A model generated the notes under the pieces. That model was given only the letters and a program-made list of their open reading frames with translations. It was not told the origin of the DNA and did not search any database. A program made the position numbers and the translations under genes. Shown here one piece after another: positions 1-9,752 of a DNA stretch of 64,000 bases. The first letter of the stretch is position 1; the number at the start of each line of letters is the position of its first letter. The stretch comes from an uncultured Alphaproteobacteria bacterium (lineage in GTDB: Bacteria; Pseudomonadota; Alphaproteobacteria; Rs-D84): contig CALXXY010000003.1 in the NCBI GenBank assembly GCA_944392815.1, forward strand, positions 32,001-96,000, written 5' to 3'.

Positions 1-2
1 CT

Positions 3-1193
3 GAATACAACGCGTTATTGGAAACAGTTCGCGCAAATTATAACGAATATCACACCGCGCAAAATAAATTGACCGAACTGCAACAAATGTTGGAAAAATC
101 GGCCACAGAACGTGAATTTTTGGAACACAATGTCCGCGAATTGGAATCTTTGAACGTTCAACCGGGCGAAGAAAACGAATTGGCCACCAAACGCGCCACC
201 ATGATGAACGCGGAAAAAGACGCGGCAATTTTATCCGACGCCATTGCGGCATTAAACCCACACGGACAATCGCTGTCCGAACACATTTTTGCAGCCGCGA
301 ACACATTATTGCATATAAAAACAGACCCAAATCCATACGCTGAACAAATCGACAATTTATACGGCGTGGCCAACGCATTATCTGAAATAGAAGAAAAATT
401 GGCACCCAACGAAATAGACACAGCCGACCTGGATTCAATCGAAGAACGTCTGTTTGCCATTCGTGCCGCCGCCCGCAAATATCGCGTTTCGGCCGACGAA
501 CTGCCGCAAACACTGACAAAAATGGCCGCGGAATTAAACACGATTGAAAATTCAGACGCAGAATTAAAAAAATTAACTTCCTGCGTCACCCAGAAAAAAA
601 CCGAATTTGATAAATCGGCCACAAAATTAACCGTCGCCCGCACAGCGGCCGCCGAACAATTGCGCGCACAAATATTGGCCGAATTGCCGGATTTAAAACT
701 GGGCACCGCGGATTTCATGGTGGAAATCACGCCATGCGCGCCATCTGCAAACGGGATTGATAATATCACGTTTATGATAAAAACGAACCCGGGCATGCCA
801 TTTGCGCCATTGCACCGTGCGGCGTCTGGTGGCGAATTGGCACGCCTAATGTTGGCATTGCGCGTGGTGCTGGCGGATACAAACACTGCGCACACATTCA
901 TATTCGACGAAATCGACACAGGCATCAGCGGCGCCACGGCGTCCGCCGTGGGCAACCGGTTAAATCGCCTGGCTGCCACGTCCCAGGCGTTGGTAATCAC
1001 CCATTCGGCCCAGGTTGCCGGCTATGCCGACAAACATTTCAAAATTGCGAAATCTGTGGAAAATGATGTCACAAAAACAACAGTGACCGAAATCATCGGT
1101 GACGCGCGCATAAATGAAATCGCCCGCATAATCAGTGGCGCCGAAATCACCCCAGAATCACTGGCCACCGCAAAAACATTGATAAAAAATTAA
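3..1193 (+). CDS. recN: DNA repair protein RecN, 5'-truncated by window edge
   Basis: Coiled coil followed by ASGGELARLMLAL signature, FIFDEIDTGISG Walker B, ITHSAQVA and EIARIISG; frame open from position 3. Confidence 0.95.
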   Translation, partial: EYNALLETVRANYNEYHTAQNKLTELQQMLEKSATEREFLEHNVRELESLNVQPGEENELATKRATMMNAEKDAAILSDAIAALNPHGQSLSEHIFAAANTLLHIKTDPNPYAEQIDNLYGVANALSEIEEKLAPNEIDTADLDSIEERLFAIRAAARKYRVSADELPQTLTKMAAELNTIENSDAELKKLTSCVTQKKTEFDKSATKLTVARTAAAEQLRAQILAELPDLKLGTADFMVEITPCAPSANGIDNITFMIKTNPGMPFAPLHRAASGGELARLMLALRVVLADTNTAHTFIFDEIDTGISGATASAVGNRLNRLAATSQALVITHSAQVAGYADKHFKIAKSVENDVTKTTVTEIIGDARINEIARIISGAEITPESLATAKTLIKN

Positions 1194-2425
1194 ACTTTCA
1201 CAACGCCATCGGCGAATTCAATCGACGCAGGACGTGCACCGTCCGCCCGACTGATTATTTGATTTTTTTCATCACGCACAATTGCATATCCGCGCGATAA
1301 AACGCTTTTATAACTTAACGAATTCAACATTTGCCCTAAATGATTCAATCCCTGGGTCATGACCATCATTTTATTTTGCAATATGTTCGGAAACGCAGCC
1401 ACGGCGTCCATACGCCCACGCGCAGCAACAATTTTCCCGTTAATTATCACATTCAAAGTACGCGAAATATCGTCCAAACGCTGTTGCTGTTCCATCACCA
1501 ATTGTTTTGGATTTTTTACAACAATGGATTCCACGCGCGCCCGGGCATTGGTCAAACGCGTAGTAAAATTATTCGACAACCTGTGCCACAAATTATCCAA
1601 TTCCTGAATCAACGACAACTTGGTCGGCACAACCATTTCGGCCGCCCCAGTCGGCGTCGGCGCGCGCACATCGGCCGCATAGTCAATCAGCATCCAATCC
1701 GGTTCGTGTCCGACACCGGAAATCAACGGAATTTCACTGGCCGCAGCGGCACGAACAACAATCTCTTCGGAAAAAGGCAACAAATCTTCCAACGCACCGC
1801 CACCACGTGCAACAATAATCACATCAACATTTTTTGCACGATTAAAATATTCGATACCGGCGGCAACCTCGGCCGCGGCAGTTGTGCCCTGAACAGTCGC
1901 AGGATACAACACAACCGTCACCGGAAAACGTTCACGCAATCTGTTTTGAATATCCTGAAACGCGGCACCGGTCGGACTTGTCACCACGCCAATTCGCTGA
2001 GGCAGTCGGGGCAGCGGCTTTTTACGTGCCTGGTCAAACAGTCCCTCGGCGGCCAGTTTACGTTTGCGTTCCTCCAACATTTTCAGGATTGCGCCCACAC
2101 CCGCCATTTCTATTTCAGACACAATAATTTGATAATTGCTGCGCGCGGGATACGTTGTAAAACGCCCGGTAATAATAACCTCCAACCCGTCTTCTAATTT
2201 AAACGGAACGGGCGTACCGCGCCAAATAATCACAGATATGGCCGCCCCAGCATCCTTTATCGTCATATACATATGCCCGGACGTGGCGCGCGTAATCTGC
2301 GACAATTCACCACGCACACGAATGCGCGGGAACGCCGTTTCCACGACGTTTTTCAATAACGCAGACGCATCAGTCACGCTAAACACTGTATCCGGCTGGA
2401 CAAAAGGTTGTGGTTTTTCCAACAT
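1190..2425 (-). CDS. xseA: Exodeoxyribonuclease VII large subunit
   Basis: VRGELS..SGHMYMTIKD OB fold, IGVVTSPTGAA, DVIIVARGGG, ISGVGHEPD, RAPTPTGAAE, LSRGYAIV. Confidence 0.97.
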   Translation of the reverse strand: MLEKPQPFVQPDTVFSVTDASALLKNVVETAFPRIRVRGELSQITRATSGHMYMTIKDAGAAISVIIWRGTPVPFKLEDGLEVIITGRFTTYPARSNYQIIVSEIEMAGVGAILKMLEERKRKLAAEGLFDQARKKPLPRLPQRIGVVTSPTGAAFQDIQNRLRERFPVTVVLYPATVQGTTAAAEVAAGIEYFNRAKNVDVIIVARGGGALEDLLPFSEEIVVRAAAASEIPLISGVGHEPDWMLIDYAADVRAPTPTGAAEMVVPTKLSLIQELDNLWHRLSNNFTTRLTNARARVESIVVKNPKQLVMEQQQRLDDISRTLNVIINGKIVAARGRMDAVAAFPNILQNKMMVMTQGLNHLGQMLNSLSYKSVLSRGYAIVRDEKNQIISRADGARPASIEFADGVVKV

Positions 2426-2427
2426 AA

Positions 2428-2919
2428 TTAACGCCTATCAAGTTCTTTTTTAATTTCCGCAATAAATTTTTCTTTATTGGGTGTTTTCATATCACCCATA
2501 CGGCGATTAATCGGCGTTCCCAATTCATACGGCACGCGCAGCGGCGCAAACTGATCCCCGGTGGTATCAAACGGAATATCCAATTCACGATTGTGCAAAA
2601 ACACCACAGGCGCATGTTCCCACGCCCCCAACTTTATCGCAGACGGTTGCCACACGGTATCCCCACCATACAAATTATAAATGCAAATCGTGGACAGGGC
2701 ACAAAAACCCTTGGGATACGGGACGAACCCCATAAACGGCATATTGCCAACATATTTTTTGCGAAACGCTGCGTCTTTGAATTTATTGCGCAACACGTAC
2801 GAAATATCATACAATGTATATTCAGCGTCGAATTTATCCAGCATTACGCTGTCAATTCGCTGTGCTGTTTCCAAAACTTTGCGGGTTGCCGCATCATATT
2901 TTTCCAAATAATCATTCAT
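2428..2919 (-). CDS. Hypothetical protein with putative Cys-His-Asp (transglutaminase/papain-like) triad; paralog of neighbour
   Basis: GFCALS...WEH...PFDTTGDQF pattern shared with 2959-3507; upstream TTGTTT-N16-TATAAT. Confidence 0.6.
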   Translation of the reverse strand: MNDYLEKYDAATRKVLETAQRIDSVMLDKFDAEYTLYDISYVLRNKFKDAAFRKKYVGNMPFMGFVPYPKGFCALSTICIYNLYGGDTVWQPSAIKLGAWEHAPVVFLHNRELDIPFDTTGDQFAPLRVPYELGTPINRRMGDMKTPNKEKFIAEIKKELDRR

Positions 2920-2958
2920 AATGCGTTAATTATAGCACATCTGGCATTAAAAACAAGT

Positions 2959-3507
2959 TTATCTGCTGCCGCGTCCCAACGCCCGCAACGAATTAACAAA
3001 AACCACATAGCCCAAATCAATACCCAACCGTCGCGCAAAAGTATACGCACGTTTAAATTCGAAATCGCTGCTGTTATAATCGCCCACTTTGTCATACGGA
3101 ATTTTTAAATATTCCCCATCATCACCCACAAATTGGTCAAAGGTCAAATCCAGTGGTTCGCCCGTAAATTTATTTTCCAACCACACATGATCCCACTTGT
3201 CCCCGACTATCAGTTTTAATCGCCAAACTTCGTCCCCATCTGGCATACGAAATAAATGATTCCACGTATAACTGGCAATACCACAAAAACCAGCAGAATA
3301 CGCCCCATGCGCAACACGGGCCTGTTCATATTTTTGTTGTAAAACCCGCCTGCGCAAACGCGTGTCACAAAACGCCCTGCGGAAATCGCGCACCATACAC
3401 GACATATCATATTTCGGATTAAAATCGGACGGCAAATTTAACCATTGTGATTGTACCTGGTGCACCAATGATTCAGTGGCCTCATTATACCGCATCATAT
3501 CAACCAT
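2959..3507 (-). CDS. Hypothetical protein with putative Cys-His-Asp triad
   Basis: GFCGIAS...WDHVWLE...PLDLTFDQF; starts 1 nt after tsaD stop. Confidence 0.65.
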   Translation of the reverse strand: MVDMMRYNEATESLVHQVQSQWLNLPSDFNPKYDMSCMVRDFRRAFCDTRLRRRVLQQKYEQARVAHGAYSAGFCGIASYTWNHLFRMPDGDEVWRLKLIVGDKWDHVWLENKFTGEPLDLTFDQFVGDDGEYLKIPYDKVGDYNSSDFEFKRAYTFARRLGIDLGYVVFVNSLRALGRGSR

Positions 3508-3508
3508 A

Positions 3509-4639
3509 TTATAACTCCGTCAACGGCCAACGGGGGCGGGGCGCCACAGGCGACGTGACAACGCGTCCCAACCTGTAATTTTCCAACCCGGCCCACGCAA
3601 TCATGGCACCATTATCCGTGCACAAATTCATCGGTGGCGCAGCAAACACCACACCATGCGCCGCCGCCAAACGTTCCATCGCACTGCGCACAGCACTGTT
3701 TTTCGCAACACCGCCCGCCACCACCAAAGTTTTTGGCGCGGCCGCAATCACCCGCGAATCAGCATACGCGTTTTCCAACCGATTAATAATGCAATCAACC
3801 ACAGCCGCCTGGAACGACGCACAAAAATCGTTTATATATTCATCACTGTACGGCGGTGTTTGCCGCGACAAAAACGTACGCGCAGCCGTTTTAATTCCAC
3901 TGAACGAAAAATCACACCCAGGCCGGTCGCACAACGGACGCGGGAAATGAAACGCACGCGGATTCCCGGCCGCAGCACGTTTATCAACAACCGGCCCACC
4001 GGGATACCCCAATCCCAACATTTTTGCAACTTTATCAAATGCCTCGCCAGCACTGTCGTCCAGCGTTTGACCAATCATTTCATACTGGCCAACACCGCGC
4101 ACCAATAAAATCTGGCAATGCCCGCCCGACGCCAGCATCAACAAATACGGAAAATCAACATTGGTCGCGCCGTCCGCACCATTTGCCGCCGCTGCATGTA
4201 AACGCGGAACCAGGGCGTGACCCTCCAGATGATTAACGGCAACCAACGGTTTGCCTGTTGATTGCGCAATACCTGTTGCGGCCAACCAACCAACCAACAC
4301 GCCACCTATTAACCCAGGCCCGGCCGTCGCAGCAACAACATCGATATCATCAATCGATTTGCCAGCCGCGTCCAAAGTTCTGTGAATAACGTCATCAATC
4401 GCCAAAATATGCGCACGCGCCGCCAATTCAGGCACCACCCCGCCATACTTTTGGTGTTCAGGAATTTGCGAATAAATAATATGTGCCAAAATATTACGGT
4501 CAGAATCCACCACAGCCGCCGACGTTTCATCACACGATGATTCTATGCCCAAACACAATGTCGCGCGTGGCGTGGCACCATCATGCTCGTCACCATGCAA
4601 AGTGCCCATATCCATCTGAATAATTTTATCCGTATTCAT
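3509..4639 (-). CDS. tsaD: tRNA N6-threonylcarbamoyladenosine transferase TsaD
   Basis: LGIESSCDET, GGVVPELAARAH, VNHLEGH, SGGH, DDSAGEAFDKVAK, CTDNGAMIA. Confidence 0.97.
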   Translation of the reverse strand: MNTDKIIQMDMGTLHGDEHDGATPRATLCLGIESSCDETSAAVVDSDRNILAHIIYSQIPEHQKYGGVVPELAARAHILAIDDVIHRTLDAAGKSIDDIDVVAATAGPGLIGGVLVGWLAATGIAQSTGKPLVAVNHLEGHALVPRLHAAAANGADGATNVDFPYLLMLASGGHCQILLVRGVGQYEMIGQTLDDSAGEAFDKVAKMLGLGYPGGPVVDKRAAAGNPRAFHFPRPLCDRPGCDFSFSGIKTAARTFLSRQTPPYSDEYINDFCASFQAAVVDCIINRLENAYADSRVIAAAPKTLVVAGGVAKNSAVRSAMERLAAAHGVVFAAPPMNLCTDNGAMIAWAGLENYRLGRVVTSPVAPRPRWPLTEL

Positions 4640-5322
4640 TTTACTTCCACCAACATAATTCCCAAATTATTTTTATTTTCTGCGCGCGCACGGGCATATT
4701 GATAAAAATCCACGTCCATCACACGCCCATATTGCGACGACGCATGCCGCAATACACCGCCCGGCAATAAAAATCCCATATGCCGCACGGCTAAATCAGT
4801 ACCTATTTTACCACTTTTTTCAAATTGTCCAGAAATAAATAACACTATCATGGGTTTTGTCACATTTATCCCAGCCACTTGTTCATACGGGATATAATTC
4901 AAATCAACCGCCACAGGCGCAAAATCTGAATCAATTCCATGCACGGCACGCAACCAACTTTGTTTATCAATCACCACATGACGCACAGACACATCACCAT
5001 ATTGTTCTGTCACATCAGTCACCAAATCTGCATTGTTTGCCAACCAATCAGTTTCAATAAAATGATTACGATTTACAAAATCAACAACGCCGCCTTTGTA
5101 CCTGATTTTATTTAATTTTTGTACATCACCGCCCGCCAACGACGTTTCCACAAACGTCACACAATCAAACGCATCATCGCGAACAAGTGGATCAGAATCA
5201 GGCGCAACACCTTCGCCCAATGGATCGGCCACATATGCCGCCCCCAAATATTCACGCCCAGGGTCATCAATGTCGCACACCGCGCACCCAACCAACGCGA
5301 ATAAAAACATCAGCCATTTCAT
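4636..5322 (-). CDS. DUF1460 / N-acetylmuramoyl-L-alanine amidase-like (NlpC/P60 superfamily) secreted protein
   Basis: YLGAAY..PLGEG, FDCVTFVETSLA, RNHFIETDW, HMGF...LRHASS; signal peptide. Confidence 0.8.
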   Translation of the reverse strand: MKWLMFLFALVGCAVCDIDDPGREYLGAAYVADPLGEGVAPDSDPLVRDDAFDCVTFVETSLAGGDVQKLNKIRYKGGVVDFVNRNHFIETDWLANNADLVTDVTEQYGDVSVRHVVIDKQSWLRAVHGIDSDFAPVAVDLNYIPYEQVAGINVTKPMIVLFISGQFEKSGKIGTDLAVRHMGFLLPGGVLRHASSQYGRVMDVDFYQYARARAENKNNLGIMLVEVK

Positions 5323-5324
5323 GA

Positions 5325-5642
5325 TTAATTATTTTGATTCACCAAAATCCCAGTATTGCACAACGACACAGCGTCCCGCACAGCCATCTCGCCACTTCCC
5401 GGCAGGGTTGCAACCTTGTCCACACATTGAACCAATAATTCCAAATTATCTGTACTGGCAATAATAATCTGGGCGGCGGTTGTGCGTCGCGCCACATCAG
5501 CGGCACGCCATTGCCGCAAATTTCCATTTTCCAAATCACTGGATTTCATGGCAAAGAAAAACACCACAACCACAAAAATCAAAACAGCAATTCCGATAAC
5601 AATTTTTAAAATTTTTTTAAACGAATTCATATGCGCCACCAC
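5325..5642 (-). CDS. Hypothetical membrane-anchored protein
   Basis: 105 aa, N-terminal TM helix, tightly packed in operon. Confidence 0.65.
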   Translation of the reverse strand: MVAHMNSFKKILKIVIGIAVLIFVVVVFFFAMKSSDLENGNLRQWRAADVARRTTAAQIIIASTDNLELLVQCVDKVATLPGSGEMAVRDAVSLCNTGILVNQNN

Positions 5643-5648
5643 AATCTG

Positions 5649-6002
5649 CTATTCACAACGGACCAACCACAAATCATAATCCGCATTTTGCACAGGATTA
5701 TCACCGGGTTCATTCGCGCTGGTCCAACCGCTGTAAATTTTCCCCTCGTCCGATTTGTTAATTTCGATAAACATGTAAAAATCCTGGGCATCAAAAGGAT
5801 CCGTTTGCTTGCACGAACGCACCACCATGTCCAATTTTTCAAACTGCGTCGGCACGCCAACGGGCAGGGCAACCGTCTGCACTTTACCGGCGGCCTTGTT
5901 CATAATGCGCACAACGGCGGTTTGTCTGTCAACATATGCGTCCGCCGGACGCGCCGCCCCAAACACAGCCAAAATCAAACCAAACAAAAATAATTTTTTC
6001 AT
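5649..6002 (-). CDS. DUF2155 family secreted protein
   Basis: ATG 6002 with signal peptide; AVVRIMNK..G, FEKLDMVVRSC, IYSGW, YDLWLVRC. Confidence 0.8.
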   Translation of the reverse strand: MKKLFLFGLILAVFGAARPADAYVDRQTAVVRIMNKAAGKVQTVALPVGVPTQFEKLDMVVRSCKQTDPFDAQDFYMFIEINKSDEGKIYSGWTSANEPGDNPVQNADYDLWLVRCE

Positions 6003-6061
6003 AACAAATATTTTACAGACACACGCCCCCAAAGTCAAATCGTTAATCGCCCAGCGCCCCA

Positions 6062-6096
6062 AAACAAAAATCCCGCACACAGCGGGATTTTTGTTT
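6062..6096 (-). terminator. Intrinsic terminator after rplS
   Basis: AAACAAAAATCCCGC-N5-GCGGGATTTTTGTTT hairpin. Confidence 0.75.
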
Positions 6097-6115
6097 ACAA
6101 TAATTTCGCACAAAA

Positions 6116-6517
6116 TTATTTGTCTTCTGCTTTGGCCGCTTTTTCAGCAGACGCCGCGGACAAATCTTCGACAATACGTGCCTTTTTACCGGACAATCCA
6201 CGCAAAAAGAACAATTTTGCACGACGAACTTTACCTGTGCGAACCTTTTCAATTTTTTCAATCGCAGGGCTGTACAGCGGGAATTTACGTTCCACACCAA
6301 CACCATACGATTCACGGCGCACTGTAAAGGACGCATTATTCCCGGCACCACCATCGCGCGCGATTACGACACCTTCGAAAACCTGGATACGGAATTTATC
6401 GCCATCTTTGATTTTCACGTGTACTTTTACTGTATCACCGGCCTTGAAATCCGGGATTTTTTTATCGCCACGCAGTTTTTCAATTTGTGCCTGTTCAATT
6501 TTTTTAATAATGCTCAT
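6116..6517 (-). CDS. rplS: 50S ribosomal protein L19
   Basis: [49 protein letters not shown]. Confidence 0.98.
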   Translation of the reverse strand: MSIIKKIEQAQIEKLRGDKKIPDFKAGDTVKVHVKIKDGDKFRIQVFEGVVIARDGGAGNNASFTVRRESYGVGVERKFPLYSPAIEKIEKVRTGKVRRAKLFFLRGLSGKKARIVEDLSAASAEKAAKAEDK

Positions 6518-7200
6518 TTTTCATTTTCCTTTATTAAATCCGGACGACGTGATTTTGTTATTTCGTCCGATTGTTGTTTCCGCCATCTTTCTATATTGCC
6601 GTGATGGCCAGACAGCAGGACTTCTGGGACATTACGTCCACGCCATGCCGACGGGCGGGTATATAACGGCCATTCCAACCCCCCGATTTCAAAACTTTCA
6701 TTGCGTGTGGCCTCGGCGCCACCGCCCAGGACATTATCCATCACACGAACCACGCTGTCAATAAAAACTTGCGCGGCAATTTCGCCACCCGACAGTATAT
6801 AATCGCCAATGGACAATTCCATTATGTTATACTCGTCTATGACCCGTTGATCAATGCCTTCGTATCGGCCACACAACAGGGTATAATTCGCATCACGTAC
6901 CGCGGCAAATTCGCGCACCATTTTTTGCGTCAATTGCGGTCCACGCGGCGAAAAGTATATGATTTTACCGCGATTTTTAATCGAATCAATTGCGTCACCC
7001 AAAACATCTGCACGCATAACCTGGCCAACGCCACCGCCGAATTGTTCGTCATCGACACTGCCATAGTTGTCATGTGCAAAATCGCGAATGTTTATGGCAT
7101 CATACGACCAAACCCCATTGGACAGCGCACGCCCAACAACCCCGCCACCCACAGTGCCGGGAAACATTTCCGGAAAAATGGTCAGTATATTGAAATGCAT
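6514..7200 (-). CDS. trmD: tRNA (guanine37-N1)-methyltransferase
   Basis: [51 protein letters not shown]. Confidence 0.97.
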   Translation of the reverse strand: MHFNILTIFPEMFPGTVGGGVVGRALSNGVWSYDAINIRDFAHDNYGSVDDEQFGGGVGQVMRADVLGDAIDSIKNRGKIIYFSPRGPQLTQKMVREFAAVRDANYTLLCGRYEGIDQRVIDEYNIMELSIGDYILSGGEIAAQVFIDSVVRVMDNVLGGGAEATRNESFEIGGLEWPLYTRPSAWRGRNVPEVLLSGHHGNIERWRKQQSDEITKSRRPDLIKENEK

Positions 7201-7202
7201 GT

Positions 7203-7475
7203 TTAACGCTGTTTGCCCCCACAGTTTTTACACAAATAATCCGCCAACTTTATCACGATATCGGTCATATGTTCGTCGGGCAACGCCGCCGAACGAATAA
7301 CCTTGATACGACCTGGAACCTCGCGCAATACAGAATGTTCCAATTCCAGCCCGTCCAGATATTTCAACACATGGCACGACGCCATATCAGCGTCACATCT
7401 GTTGAAAACACTTTTACGCCCCATTGAATCAAAACGAAAGACAACCTGTATAGATTTTTTATTAATATTCGGCAT
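7203..7475 (-). CDS. Hypothetical small protein inserted between rimM and trmD
   Basis: ATG 7475 preceded by AAAGGTGG; ends CKNCGGKQR 2 nt before trmD start. Confidence 0.6.
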   Translation of the reverse strand: MPNINKKSIQVVFRFDSMGRKSVFNRCDADMASCHVLKYLDGLELEHSVLREVPGRIKVIRSAALPDEHMTDIVIKLADYLCKNCGGKQR

Positions 7476-7509
7476 TAACTTTCCACCTTTGTATATTGAT
7501 ATAACAAAA

Positions 7510-7803
7510 TTATTTTGATTTTTGCCACACACGTTTATAAACATGCACCAAACCGCCATCAAAATAAAATTTACCGTCCATAAACAAACGCTGACCATTG
7601 CAATCCGGCAAATTACCATACTGATTTACAATATACGGACATTTTGCCCCAGACGGAATAATTCTGTATCCATCATCAGTGTATTTATAATTGGCAAATA
7701 CAGGACACACATGCACACACGGACAACGCCCAGCACGAATAACCCCACGTGGCACATAAACACGGTCTTTGACATCTTCTAAGACAAATGGTTTTGGCAT
7801 CAT
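7510..7803 (-). CDS. Hypothetical small Cys-rich protein
   Basis: 97 aa, preceded by AGGGTG after rimM stop; CPCVHVCP...CP...C. Confidence 0.6.
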   Translation of the reverse strand: MMPKPFVLEDVKDRVYVPRGVIRAGRCPCVHVCPVFANYKYTDDGYRIIPSGAKCPYIVNQYGNLPDCNGQRLFMDGKFYFDGGLVHVYKRVWQKSK

Positions 7804-7815
7804 ATTGTTTTCACC

Positions 7816-8280
7816 CTATAATTTTACAATTTTATTATCAAAATCCACATTTGCACCAACAAACGAAACAAAATCGCCGTTATCCAGTTCGATAATATCG
7901 CCGGCCCCAAAATTTTGAAATCCGGCAATGCGCCCGATTTCCACACCATAGCGCAGCACACGCATACCAATTAAATCGGCCTGATAATATTCCCCAGCAC
8001 CCGGCGCCGGCAAATCATCACGATTGATAAACAATTCAACACCACGCAACATTTCAGCCGCATTGCGGTCATTCACACCATCAATCCGGGCGATAATAAC
8101 AGACGACGACGGCACCACGCGCACGAAATGAAACGCCCCATCTGGAACATGCGTCCCATGCACCCGCAAATCTTTCATATCAACGGGTGTGGCGGTATAT
8201 GTTTGGACACGAACCTCGCCCCGGACGCCCTGGGGTGCGACAATTTTCCCGACCAAGATTTGTTTACCGTTATCGTGCAT
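7816..8280 (-). CDS. rimM: Ribosome maturation factor RimM
   Basis: VGKIVAPQGVRGEV, DRNAAEMLRG, EYYQADLIG, NFGAGDIIE; ATG 8280; operon context. Confidence 0.93.
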   Translation of the reverse strand: MHDNGKQILVGKIVAPQGVRGEVRVQTYTATPVDMKDLRVHGTHVPDGAFHFVRVVPSSSVIIARIDGVNDRNAAEMLRGVELFINRDDLPAPGAGEYYQADLIGMRVLRYGVEIGRIAGFQNFGAGDIIELDNGDFVSFVGANVDFDNKIVKL

Positions 8281-8515
8281 TTTCTTGTTTTTTGTCCGCC
8301 AATTTTTTCCGCAGCAATTCAAAGAACGCAAACGGATTTTCATGTTTTTGATCCGCCAGATATCTGCAATACACCGGCATAGCAGGGCAATCGCCATACT
8401 GATAAACGTAAATTTTACTGTTTTTATACGCAGATATTTTCAATTGACGTTGAAATTCAGCATTTTGTTGCGAATAAGTGCATTCAATATCTGGATTAAT
8501 TGGACATTTTGGCAT
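8270..8515 (-). CDS. Hypothetical small Cys-containing protein between rpsP and rimM
   Basis: 81 aa, GGGG RBS-like upstream, stop overlaps rimM start. Confidence 0.55.
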   Translation of the reverse strand: MPKCPINPDIECTYSQQNAEFQRQLKISAYKNSKIYVYQYGDCPAMPVYCRYLADQKHENPFAFFELLRKKLADKKQENAR

Positions 8516-8572
8516 TTATCAACCCCATACATTCGAAAACTATGCCCGGGAAATCCCGGGCATATTGCAAAA

Positions 8573-9040
8573 TTATTCGGCAACAGGTGCAGTTTCTTCT
8601 GCAGCAGGCGCTTCCTCGGCCGGGGCACTTTCTTCGGCTGGCGCTTCGGCGGCCGCCTTGGCAGCGGCCTCGGCTGCGGCTTGTTCTTCGGCTATTTTGG
8701 CCAATTTTTCCTGTTTATCTTTGATTTTCATCAAAGTTTTTTCTGACTGTTGATTTTTCTTGGTCTGATTTGGCACCACACGTGCAGCCACCAACCCAGC
8801 ATTCGCCAGAAAACGATACACACGGTCAGATGGTTTTGCACCCTTGGCCAACCAATCTTTGATTTCATCAATTTTTAAAATAACGCGTTTTTCGCTGTCG
8901 CGCGGCAACATCGGGTCATATTTACCCACAGTCGCCAAAATATTGCCAGAATTACGCGCATTGCGTGAATCCGTGACAACAACATGATAATACGGGCGTT
9001 TTTTTGCACCGAAACGCGCCAATCTGATAACAGTTGCCAT
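8573..9040 (-). CDS. rpsP: 30S ribosomal protein S16 with Ala/Glu-rich tail
   Basis: IRLARFGAKKRPYYHVVVTDSR, VGKYDP, WLAKGAKPSDRV; AAGGAG RBS. Confidence 0.97.
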   Translation of the reverse strand: MATVIRLARFGAKKRPYYHVVVTDSRNARNSGNILATVGKYDPMLPRDSEKRVILKIDEIKDWLAKGAKPSDRVYRFLANAGLVAARVVPNQTKKNQQSEKTLMKIKDKQEKLAKIAEEQAAAEAAAKAAAEAPAEESAPAEEAPAAEETAPVAE

Positions 9041-9181
9041 AATTTTGCTCCTTTTTTCATTAACTGTTTAACCCCATACAGAAAACCACACACCAAAGAC
9101 GAACACTCGTCAGATGATGTACCAAGTGCATACCGCACACTGGGATAACTGTGATGGCAATCTTTGGGATTTGCGTTGGCT

Positions 9182-9210
9182 ATTTTGTACTAAAAAACCG
9201 AAAAAGTCAA
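9182..9210 (-). promoter_or_regulatory. Putative sigma70 promoter of the rpsP operon
   Basis: TTGACT-N17-CAAAAT on minus strand. Confidence 0.5.
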
Positions 9211-9293
9211 ATATTTTATGTATTTTTATAATGCAAACAAAAATATTCTTTTGTATACTTACATTCGCGAAACAACAATCAAAAGGAGAAAAC

Positions 9294-9707
9294 ATGAAAA
9301 AATTATCCGCATTGGCATTGGCCACCATCGCATTGACCGCATGCGGCGACAACGCGCCAACACCGGCCGATTTCGCCACAATTGAAACAGAAATTCAAAA
9401 TTCTGCCACCGCCGACACACCAATTTCCATTGTTGCCCTGGGCGCAAATGGCGACTATGTAATCGCTTTGCCGGCGAACGAAACAGTGACGGCCATTGCC
9501 GCGAAAAAGAAATCCGTCGCATTCCTGTCCGTTGAAAATCCGGCGCAATACGTGACCGAGGGCAAATGTTTACTGAACATCATTCCACAAAACACAATGA
9601 TGGCAATGAACACCCCAGAAAACAAATGTAATTTCCGTTTGTTCTGTGGCACAGCCGACGACATCAACAACAACGAATTCTATGCAGTTGAACTGTGTTC
9701 GGAATAA
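9294..9707 (+). CDS. Hypothetical lipoprotein
   Basis: AAGGAG RBS; MKKLSALALATIALTA-C lipobox. Confidence 0.8.
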   Translation: MKKLSALALATIALTACGDNAPTPADFATIETEIQNSATADTPISIVALGANGDYVIALPANETVTAIAAKKKSVAFLSVENPAQYVTEGKCLLNIIPQNTMMAMNTPENKCNFRLFCGTADDINNNEFYAVELCSE

Positions 9708-9720
9708 TAAAAACACAAAA

Positions 9721-9752
9721 ATAAAAAATCCCGCAAATGCGGGATTTTTTAT
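9721..9752. terminator. Bidirectional intrinsic terminator
   Basis: ATAAAAAATCCCGC-AAAT-GCGGGATTTTTTAT between convergent genes. Confidence 0.85.

Noticed and set aside
9100-9125. Hammerhead ribozyme (CTGACGAG on minus strand)
   Set aside because: No correctly placed GAAA and stem II/III to complete the core
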